From: Pseudolabrys sp.
Lineage (GTDB): Bacteria; Pseudomonadota; Alphaproteobacteria; Rhizobiales; Xanthobacteraceae
Direction of reading: 5' to 3'
Assembly (NCBI GenBank): GCA_035651255.1
Contig: DASRGB010000021.1
Coordinates: forward strand, 9,229-73,228
Length of the DNA: 64,000 bases
Of the stretch, positions 22,240 through 29,075 are shown one piece after another; position 1 is the stretch's first letter; each line of letters starts with the position of its first letter. The position numbers and the translations under genes are program-made. Below the pieces are notes generated by a model. It saw only the letters and a list, made by a program, of their open reading frames with translations. It had not been told where the DNA came from and searched no databases.

Positions 22240-22349
22240 TTCTGCGCCGGCCAGCCGCGCAGGGCGGCGAGCCGGCGCGTCAGCGGGCCCGGACCGCGCA
22301 CCACCACGACAAGGAGCGAACCGAACAGGCTGATCAGGACGATGGTCAT
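22218..22349 (-). CDS. Putative small membrane protein (43 aa)
   Basis: MTIVLISLFGSLLVVVVRGPG...RPIRQ*, hydrophobic N-terminus, weak GGGA RBS. Confidence 0.35.
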   Translation of the reverse strand: MTIVLISLFGSLLVVVVRGPGPLTRRLAALRGWPAQKNRPIRQ

Positions 22350-22463
22350 TGCGGCATCCCTTGCCCGGCCGTCAACGCCCGCGGCGCCAATGCGTTCCGA
22401 CATCGCGGCCGACGGCGCCGCGACGTGCTAGGCTCGCCGCGCAAACGCTTTCGGGGGGCGGTC

Positions 22464-22907
22464 ATGGCAGACCAGCGGCTCATCGTCCCGATTTTCGGCG
22501 GCATCTACCGCACCTTTGCACCCGTCACCGAGCCGCTCATCAGGCTCATGGCCGGCGGCTCGCTCGCCATCCATGGTTATCCGATTCTGTTCGGCGACAA
22601 GGCGGCGGCGGCAAAATTTCTTGAAAGCGTCGGCTTCGAGGACGGCCTGTTCTGGTCCTCCATCGTCGGCACGGTCGAATTCGTCTGCGGCGCCTGCCTC
22701 GCGCTCGGCTTTCTCACCCGCCTCGTCGCCGGGCCCATCATCGGCTTCCTGGTCATCGCCATCGTCACCTATCACTGGCAATTCGGCTTTGCCTGGGAGA
22801 ACCGCGGCATCGAATACCCGCTGTTCTGGGCGATCGTGGTGCTGCACTTCATGGTGCGCGGCGGCGGCGCCTGGTCGCTCGACCGCCTGATCGGCTGGGA
22901 AGTCTGA
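22464..22907 (+). CDS. DoxX family membrane protein
   Basis: Four TM segments, EFVCGACLALGFLTR, GIEYPLFW, GGGAWSLD. Confidence 0.88.
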   Translation: MADQRLIVPIFGGIYRTFAPVTEPLIRLMAGGSLAIHGYPILFGDKAAAAKFLESVGFEDGLFWSSIVGTVEFVCGACLALGFLTRLVAGPIIGFLVIAIVTYHWQFGFAWENRGIEYPLFWAIVVLHFMVRGGGAWSLDRLIGWEV

Positions 22908-22940
22908 AAAAGCAAACGCCCGGCCTTTCGGGCCGGGCGT
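22907..22940. terminator. Terminator between DoxX and convergent secreted-protein gene
   Basis: 10-bp stem ACGCCCGGCC/GGCCGGGCGT with an A-run on the left (U-tail on the minus strand). Confidence 0.7.
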
Positions 22941-22961
22941 CATGCAAAACGTTTGGCGTTG

Positions 22962-23267
22962 TCAGCGCGTGCAGACGATGGCGACGAGGTCGTCGCATTT
23001 GGCGCCGCTGCAGCCGCCGCCCGCCGGGATCGCGCCGGTGATCTCGTCGCGGTCGACCTTGCGGTAGGACATCGCGGTCTCGTACTGGTGGCTCTTGCAA
23101 TAGGCGTTGGCCGCGGCCGCGCCGCACTTGGCGCCGGACTCGAGGCAGCGGTCGACGCCGTAGCCGCCGGCGTCCGCGCCGATGATGAACATGCGCCGCT
23201 CGGCCTGCGCCGCGCCGGCAAGGCAGAGGCAGAGAACGGCCGCTAGACTGACCACAAGTGTCCGCAT
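22962..23267 (-). CDS. Small secreted Cys-rich hypothetical protein
   Basis: Signal peptide ending AQA; six Cys in the mature part. Confidence 0.75.
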   Translation of the reverse strand: MRTLVVSLAAVLCLCLAGAAQAERRMFIIGADAGGYGVDRCLESGAKCGAAAANAYCKSHQYETAMSYRKVDRDEITGAIPAGGGCSGAKCDDLVAIVCTR

Positions 23268-23331
23268 GGGGTTCGCCCGCTTTCTATGGAGGCGCGCAGA
23301 GGCGCCGATGCCGAGAATGCCGCCAAAACCG

Positions 23332-23347
23332 TTAAGGCGCGATTAAC
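23332..23347 (+). promoter_or_regulatory. CtrA binding site
   Basis: Exact TTAA-GGCGCGA-TTAAC, between the secreted-protein gene and cysS. Confidence 0.65.
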
Positions 23348-23555
23348 CGAGGTTTTCCGCCCGTTCCGCGCCGGTTGGCGGGCCTTGACGGGCCGCGCCC
23401 AAGTCGAGCATTGTGCGCCGTGATGAACGGCCTTAACCAAACTCACGGCATTTGCCGCGAGATTATTCGCTAGCGCACAACGCTGGCTGCGGCCGTCTTT
23501 TCTCAAAGTTGAGAGCGTAGGACGCCCGGCCAGCGGGGCCGATAGGTATCCGTCT

Positions 23556-24920
23556 ATGGAGCTCAGGCTCTACGATACGCTGACGCGGGACAAGCGGCCC
23601 TTCGTGCCGATCGATCGCTCGCGCGTGCGCATGTATGTCTGCGGGCCGACGGTCTACGACTTCGCCCATATCGGCAATGCCCGGCCGGTGATCGTGTTCG
23701 ACGTGCTGTTCCGCCTGCTGCGCCACATCTACGGGCCGGACCACGTCAGCTATGTGCGCAACGTCACCGACGTCGACGACAAGATCAACGCCCGCGCCGC
23801 CGAGCGCGGCATTTCCATCCGCGAGCTGACGGAGGAGACCTACAGAAACTTCAAGGCCGACGTCGCGGCGCTCGGCTGCCTTGAGCCGACGGTGGAGCCG
23901 CGCGCCACCGAGCACATCGAGCAGATGAAGGAGATCATCGAGCGCTTGGTGAAGAACGGCTGCGCCTACGTGGCGCAGGACCACGTGCTGTTCCACGTCG
24001 CGGCGATGAAAGACTACGGCAGGCTGTCAAATCGCTCGCTCGACGAAATGATCGCCGGGGCGCGCGTCGAGGTGGCGCCGTTCAAGAAGGACCCGATGGA
24101 CTTCGTGCTGTGGAAGCCGTCGAAGCCGGGCGAGCCGTCCTGGCCGTCGCCCGCCGGCATCGCGGCGCCGGGCCGTCCGGGCTGGCACATCGAGTGCTCG
24201 GCCATGGCCTGGAAGCACCTCGGCGAGACCTTCGACATCCACGGCGGCGGCATCGATCTCGTCTTTCCGCACCACGAGAACGAGATCGCGCAGTCGCGCT
24301 GCGCCTTTCATACCAAGGTGATGGCGAATTATTGGATGCACAACGGCTTCTTGCAGGTCGAAGGCGAGAAGATGGCGAAGTCGGCCGGCAATTTCGTCAC
24401 CATCCATGAGTTGCTGCGGGATTGGCCGGGCGAGGTGCTGCGCCTCAATATGCTGCGCACGCATTACCGCCAGCCGATCGACTGGACGGTGAAGGGGCTG
24501 GAGGAGAGCACCAAAGTTCTCGACGGCTGGTACGATCTGACCGCCGATGCCGCGCCCGGCTATCTTTGCGCCGACGCGCTCGATGCCTTGGCGGACGATC
24601 TCAACACACCGAAGGCGCTGGCCGCGCTGCACGAGTTGCGCGCCGAGGCACTCAAGGGCGCAAAGCCGGCGGCGGCCTGTCTCAAAGCCAGCGCGCAATT
24701 GATCGGCGTATTGCAGGGCACCGCCGCCGACTGGAAGGCGCGGCGCCGCGCTTCGGCCGCGATCGACGAAAGTAAGGTGGCCGGCTTGATCGACGCGCGC
24801 AATGCCGCGCGCAAGGCCAAGAACTTCAAGGAGTCCGATCGCATCCGCGACGAACTCGCCGCTATGGGGGTCGTGCTGAAGGATTCCAAGGATGGCACCA
24901 CCTGGGAGATCGCGCGATGA
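23556..24920 (+). CDS. cysS: Cysteine--tRNA ligase
   Basis: [39 protein letters not shown]. Confidence 0.98.
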   Translation: MELRLYDTLTRDKRPFVPIDRSRVRMYVCGPTVYDFAHIGNARPVIVFDVLFRLLRHIYGPDHVSYVRNVTDVDDKINARAAERGISIRELTEETYRNFKADVAALGCLEPTVEPRATEHIEQMKEIIERLVKNGCAYVAQDHVLFHVAAMKDYGRLSNRSLDEMIAGARVEVAPFKKDPMDFVLWKPSKPGEPSWPSPAGIAAPGRPGWHIECSAMAWKHLGETFDIHGGGIDLVFPHHENEIAQSRCAFHTKVMANYWMHNGFLQVEGEKMAKSAGNFVTIHELLRDWPGEVLRLNMLRTHYRQPIDWTVKGLEESTKVLDGWYDLTADAAPGYLCADALDALADDLNTPKALAALHELRAEALKGAKPAAACLKASAQLIGVLQGTAADWKARRRASAAIDESKVAGLIDARNAARKAKNFKESDRIRDELAAMGVVLKDSKDGTTWEIAR

Positions 24921-25096
24921 TCGGGGTGACGTGCCGCGCGCTCTTGCCTGCTTCTTTCCCCGCAAGCTGGGGAGCGTTGGGGATGGGGCGCATTGTTCGC
25001 GCGGGAAGCGATAGATGCCCCCTCCCGACGCGCTACACGCGTCGACCTCCCTCGCAAGCGGGGGAGGTGACGGAGAGATGGGAGATCGCGCGATGA
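24903..25096 (+). repeat. 18-bp direct repeat of the cysS 3' end flanking palindromic element 1
   Basis: TGGGAGATCGCGCGATGA at 24903-24920 and 25079-25096. Confidence 0.95.
24951..25070. repeat. Palindromic intergenic element 1 (CIR/RIME-like), degenerate
   Basis: Terminal hairpins CCCCGCAAGCTGGGGAG and CTCCCTCGCAAGCGGGGGAG; about 50 bp near-identical to the element at 26025-26154. Confidence 0.8.
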
Positions 25097-25115
25097 CGGC
25101 GAGGCGCACTCTGAA

Positions 25116-25245
25116 ACCCTCTCCCCTTGTGGGAGAGGGTGCCGAGCGGCGAAGCCGCGAGGCGGGTGAGGGGGCTTTTATCGGCTCCCCCTCACCCGGC
25201 CGTTCGCTGCGCTCGCGTCCACCCTCTCCCACAAGGGGAGAGGGT
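25116..25245. repeat. Palindromic intergenic element 2 (CIR/RIME-like)
   Basis: Perfect 25-bp terminal inverted repeat ACCCTCTCCCCTTGTGGGAGAGGGT, each arm itself a hairpin; internal GGGTGAGGGGG/CCCCCTCACCC repeat. Confidence 0.9.
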
Positions 25246-25262
25246 AAGAAGAGGCTTGCCCG

Positions 25263-25763
25263 ATGAGTGCGCAGGCGCATCCCAAATTGGCGCTGCGGCC
25301 GTTCCTGTCGGCCGACGCGCCGATTCTGGCCGAAATCTTCCGCGCCGCGATCGCGCAACTGACCGGCGACGACTACAGCGAGGCGCAGCAGGAGGCCTGG
25401 GCCTCCGCCGCCGAGGATATCGACGAATTCGGCAGGGACCTCGCCTCGCAACTGACGTTGATCGCGACGCTCGACGGCTCGGCCGTGGGCTTTGCCTCGC
25501 TCGAAGGCAAGGACAAAATTGGAATGCTCTATGTGCACCCGGCGGTGGCCGGGCAGGGGGTCGGCGCCATGCTCATCGACGCGCTGGAGAAGCTCGCCGG
25601 CTCCCGCGGCGTCGCCAGGCTCAGCGTCGATGCCAGCGACAGTGCGCGCGGCTTCTTCGAGAAGCGCGGCTATGTCGCGCAGCAGCGCAACTCGATTTCG
25701 CTTGCCGGCGAATGGCTCGCCAACACCACGCTGCACAAGCAGCTCGCCAAAGGGAGCGCCTGA
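25263..25763 (+). CDS. GNAT family N-acetyltransferase
   Basis: LYVHPAVAGQGVGAML, ARGFFEKRGY. Confidence 0.9.
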   Translation: MSAQAHPKLALRPFLSADAPILAEIFRAAIAQLTGDDYSEAQQEAWASAAEDIDEFGRDLASQLTLIATLDGSAVGFASLEGKDKIGMLYVHPAVAGQGVGAMLIDALEKLAGSRGVARLSVDASDSARGFFEKRGYVAQQRNSISLAGEWLANTTLHKQLAKGSA

Positions 25764-25879
25764 TGGACAAGCCCGACACCCCGTTCCCGCGCCACTGGCT
25801 CTATTACATCGTGCTGAAATACGGCGTGCTCATCGCCGCTCTGCTGCTCGCGTTCTATGTCGTCTACCGGCTGACCTGA
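25763..25879 (+). CDS. Small single-TM protein (38 aa)
   Basis: MDKPDTPFPRHWLYYIVLKYGVLIAALLLAFYVVYRLT; TGATG overlap with GNAT, GGGAG RBS. Confidence 0.6.
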   Translation: MDKPDTPFPRHWLYYIVLKYGVLIAALLLAFYVVYRLT

Positions 25880-25965
25880 TGGAAATCCGGCGTCACCATA
25901 TCGTGCTGGCTGTCGTCGCGCTCATCGTCGCGATCGCGGTGGCCGCGAACTATTACCTGTGGTGA
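25879..25965 (+). CDS. Small single-TM protein (28 aa)
   Basis: MEIRRHHIVLAVVALIVAIAVAANYYLW; TGATG overlap with the previous ORF. Confidence 0.5.
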   Translation: MEIRRHHIVLAVVALIVAIAVAANYYLW

Positions 25966-25970
25966 GAACA

Positions 25971-26022
25971 ATGGCGCGGGAGCGGCTTTATCTCTGCGAC
26001 ACCACGCTGCGCGACGGCGCGC
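25971..26022 (+). pseudogene. Displaced duplicate 5' end of cimA
   Basis: Encodes MARERLYLCDTTLRDGA versus cimA MKERLYLFDTTLRDGA, then runs into palindromic element 3. Confidence 0.85.
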
Positions 26023-26024
26023 CC

Positions 26025-26154
26025 TTCTTCTCCCTCCCCCGCTTGCGGGGGGAGGGTTGGGGAGGGTGCTCTTTGCACTTGGGCGTCCCGAAAAGCGCCC
26101 CCTTCCGACGCGCTACGCGCGTCGACCTCCCCCGCAAGCGGGGGAGATGAAGAA
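26025..26154. repeat. Palindromic intergenic element 3 (same family as element 1)
   Basis: Inverted arms CTCCCCCGCTTGCGGGGGGAG and CTCCCCCGCAAGCGGGGGAG, with outer TTCTTC/GAAGAA. Confidence 0.9.
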
Positions 26155-26168
26155 AAGAGAGGCCGCCG

Positions 26169-27761
26169 ATGAAAGAACGCCTCTACCTGTTCGACACGAC
26201 GTTGCGGGATGGCGCGCAGACCAACGGCGTCGACTTCACGCTCGCCGACAAGCTGGCGATCGCCCAAATGCTCGACGAGCTAGGCATCGACTATGTCGAA
26301 GGCGGCTATCCCGGCGCCAACCAGACCGACAGCGAATTGTTCGCCAGGGACCGCGAGCTGAAGACGACGTTCACCGCTTTCGGCATGACGCGGCGGCCGG
26401 GGCGCTCCGCTTCGAACGATCCGGGCCTTGCCGCCTTGCTCGAAGCGAAAGCCGACGCCATCTGCTTCGTCGCCAAGTCGTGGGACTATCACGTCAAGGT
26501 CGCGCTCGAGACCACCGAGGCGGAAAACCTCGCCTCGATCCGCGACAGCGTGCGTGCCGCCAAGGCGAAGGGCCGCGAAGTGCTGCTCGACTGCGAGCAT
26601 TTCTTCGACGGCTACAAGGCCAACCCCAGCTACGCGCTGGCCTGCGCCAAGGCGGCCTACGACGAGGGCGCGCGCTGGGTCGTGCTGTGCGACACCAATG
26701 GCGGCACGCTGCCGCACGAGGTGGAAGCGATCGTCGCCGCGGTCTGCAAGGTCATCCCCGGCGATCGCGTCGGCATCCACGCCCACAACGACACCGAGCA
26801 GGCGGTGGCCAATTCGTTCGCCGCCGTGCGCGCCGGCGCCCGCCAGATCCAGGGCACGCTCAACGGTCTCGGCGAGCGCTGCGGCAACGCCAACCTGGTC
26901 TCGCTCATTCCGACGCTCAAGCTCAAGCGGGAATTCGCCGACCGCTTCGACATCGGCGTCAGCGACGCCGCGTTGAAGAAGCTCGCGCAGGTCAGCCACG
27001 CCCTCGACGAGCGGCTCAACCGCGCCCCCGACCGCCACGCGCCCTATGTCGGCGACAGCGCCTTTGCCACCAAGGCCGGTATTCACGCCTCCGCCATCAA
27101 GAAAGACCCGGCGACCTACGAGCACGTCGCGCCGGAGCGCGTCGGCAACAAGCGCAAGGTGCTGGTGTCGGAGCAGGCGGGACGCTCGAACGTGCTGGCC
27201 GAGCTCGACCGCATCGGCCTCAAGGTCGACAAAAACGACAGCCGCATCGGCCGCCTCCTGGAGATCGTCAAGGAGCGCGAGGCCATCGGCTATGCCTACG
27301 AGGCGGCGGACGCCTCCTTCGAGCTGCTGGCGCGGCGCACGCTCGGCACGGTGCCGAATTTCTTCGACGTCACCCAGTTCGACGTCAATGTCGAGCAGCG
27401 CAACAATGCCAAGGGCGAGCGCGTCACCGTCACGCTGGCCGTGGTCAAGGTGAAGATCGGCGACGACAACATGATCTCGGCGGCCGAGGGCAACGGCCCG
27501 GTCAACGCGCTCGACCTGGCGCTGCGCAAGGACCTCGGCAAGTACCAGAAATACATCGACGACCTCAAGCTCACCGACTACCGCGTCCGTATTCTCAACG
27601 GCGGCACCGAGGCGGTGACGCGCGTTTTGATCGAGAGCGAGGACGGACAGGGCGAGCGCTGGACCACCATCGGCGTGTCGGCCAATATCATCGACGCCTC
27701 GTTCCAGGCGCTGATGGATTCGATTATCTACAAGCTGGTGAAGTCGGGCGCGCCGGGTTAA
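26169..27761 (+). CDS. cimA: Citramalate synthase (LeuA-like)
   Basis: DTTLRDGAQ, EGGYPGAN, CDTNGG, HAHND, GERCGNANL, C-terminal regulatory domain. Confidence 0.93.
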   Translation: MKERLYLFDTTLRDGAQTNGVDFTLADKLAIAQMLDELGIDYVEGGYPGANQTDSELFARDRELKTTFTAFGMTRRPGRSASNDPGLAALLEAKADAICFVAKSWDYHVKVALETTEAENLASIRDSVRAAKAKGREVLLDCEHFFDGYKANPSYALACAKAAYDEGARWVVLCDTNGGTLPHEVEAIVAAVCKVIPGDRVGIHAHNDTEQAVANSFAAVRAGARQIQGTLNGLGERCGNANLVSLIPTLKLKREFADRFDIGVSDAALKKLAQVSHALDERLNRAPDRHAPYVGDSAFATKAGIHASAIKKDPATYEHVAPERVGNKRKVLVSEQAGRSNVLAELDRIGLKVDKNDSRIGRLLEIVKEREAIGYAYEAADASFELLARRTLGTVPNFFDVTQFDVNVEQRNNAKGERVTVTLAVVKVKIGDDNMISAAEGNGPVNALDLALRKDLGKYQKYIDDLKLTDYRVRILNGGTEAVTRVLIESEDGQGERWTTIGVSANIIDASFQALMDSIIYKLVKSGAPG

Positions 27762-27763
27762 GT

Positions 27764-27869
27764 CCGTCACCCTGAGGTGGCCGCGCGGAGCGCGGCCCTT
27801 GAAGGGCGACGGCCCGGACAGTGCCCGTCATCCTTCGAGGCTCGCGTCGCTCGCACCTCAGGATGACGG
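27764..27869. repeat. Palindromic element 4 (CGTC-tagged type)
   Basis: CCGTCACCCTGAGGTG ... CACCTCAGGATGACGG terminal inverted repeat with internal hairpins. Confidence 0.85.
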
Positions 27870-27884
27870 CGATAGTTGAGGCGA

Positions 27885-28256
27885 ATGATGATCGATCACG
27901 TTTCCATATCGGTCCGCGATCTCGCCGCAGCCACACGCTTCTACGAGGCGGTGCTCGGCAGCCTCGGCATGATGCGGCTGGAGACGCGGCCGGCGACCGT
28001 CGGCTTCGGCAAGAGCTATCCGGAATTCTGGCTCAACCTGCGCGGCGCCATGGCGGCGCCGGGTGACGGCGCGCATGTCTGTTTGCGCGCGCTCTCGACC
28101 GACATGGTCGACGCCTTCCATGCCGCGGCGCTCGCCGCCGGCGGCGGCAGCGACGGCGCGCCGGGCTTGCGGCCGCGGCACGGCGAGGGCTATTACGCCG
28201 CCTTCATCCGCGATCCGGACGGCAACCGCATCGAGGCGGTGACGTTCGTGAAATGA
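27885..28256 (+). CDS. VOC/glyoxalase family protein
   Basis: IDHVSISV, HVCLRA, YYAAFIRDPDGNRIEAV. Confidence 0.9.
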   Translation: MMIDHVSISVRDLAAATRFYEAVLGSLGMMRLETRPATVGFGKSYPEFWLNLRGAMAAPGDGAHVCLRALSTDMVDAFHAAALAAGGGSDGAPGLRPRHGEGYYAAFIRDPDGNRIEAVTFVK

Positions 28257-28299
28257 AGCGCATGCGCGTCATTGCGGGGGCGCGCGCGGCAATCGCGCT

Positions 28300-28326
28300 T
28301 CACCCTCCCCTGGAGGGGGAGGGTGA
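28300..28326. repeat. Single hairpin (half of an element-2-type repeat)
   Basis: TCACCCTCCCC-TGGAG-GGGGAGGGTGA between convergent genes. Confidence 0.75.
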
Positions 28327-28329
28327 GAC

Positions 28330-28953
28330 CTACAGCCGCTCGGGCTCGGCGGTCTTCATCCGCTTGGCCTCGTCCGGCGTCGCCGCGGCCGCCTGCTGCA
28401 GCATCGGCAGGATGTCGCCGACCGCGTTCGCCACCAGCAGATCGAAATTCAGATCGCCGCGGATGAATTGCAGCGCCTTCATGTGATCGAGCAAGGCGCA
28501 GAGCGGCTCCCAGAAGCCGGCGATATTGGCGAGCAGGATCGGCTTCTTGTGGCGGCCGAGCTGGGCCCAGGTCATTTGCTCGACGATTTCCTCGAGCGTG
28601 CCGACGCCGCCCGGCAGCGCCACGAAGGCGTCGGCCAGCTCGAACATCTTGCGCTTGCGCTCGTGCATGTCGCGGGTGACGGTCAGGCCGTGCGCGGTGC
28701 GCAGCGCGTGCTCGCGCTCGACCAGGAATTCGGGGATGATGCCGTTGACCGCGCCGCCGTGCGCCAGCACCGCTCGCGCGAGCTCGCCCATCATGCCGAC
28801 ATTGCCGCCGCCGAAGACCAGGCCGATGCGGTTTTCGGCGAGGATTTTGCCGAAGTCGCGGGCGGCCTGGACGAAAGCCGGATCGGTGCCGGGTCCGGAG
28901 CCGCAGTAGACGCAAATTTTGCGGATTTTGCTGAGATTCTCGATTTTGTTCAT
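28330..28953 (-). CDS. LOG family (TIGR00730) nucleotide phosphoribohydrolase; start uncertain
   Basis: ICVYCGS, GGGNVGMMG, MHERK, ALPGGVGTLEE. Confidence 0.92.
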   Translation of the reverse strand: MNKIENLSKIRKICVYCGSGPGTDPAFVQAARDFGKILAENRIGLVFGGGNVGMMGELARAVLAHGGAVNGIIPEFLVEREHALRTAHGLTVTRDMHERKRKMFELADAFVALPGGVGTLEEIVEQMTWAQLGRHKKPILLANIAGFWEPLCALLDHMKALQFIRGDLNFDLLVANAVGDILPMLQQAAAATPDEAKRMKTAEPERL

Positions 28954-29075
28954 GGCCTGCATGTGCGCTGCGGTTGTGGCGGCGTCAAGACAACGGCGGA
29001 AAACCATTGTGGTTGCGGAGGTTTATCGCGCCCACGGGATGATTACGGCGGAGAATCCGCCTATATGAAGGGCCC

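Noticed and set aside
24951-28326. Palindromic repeats as CRISPR repeats, IS ends or integron attC sites
   Set aside because: Irregular spacing, different families, no transposase or integrase in the window, and no attC R/L boxes recognised; kept only as CIR/RIME-like elements.
28253-28486. ORF starting in an ATGA overlap with the VOC gene and crossing the hairpin
   Set aside because: Runs antisense into the LOG gene and has no recognisable features; likely spurious.
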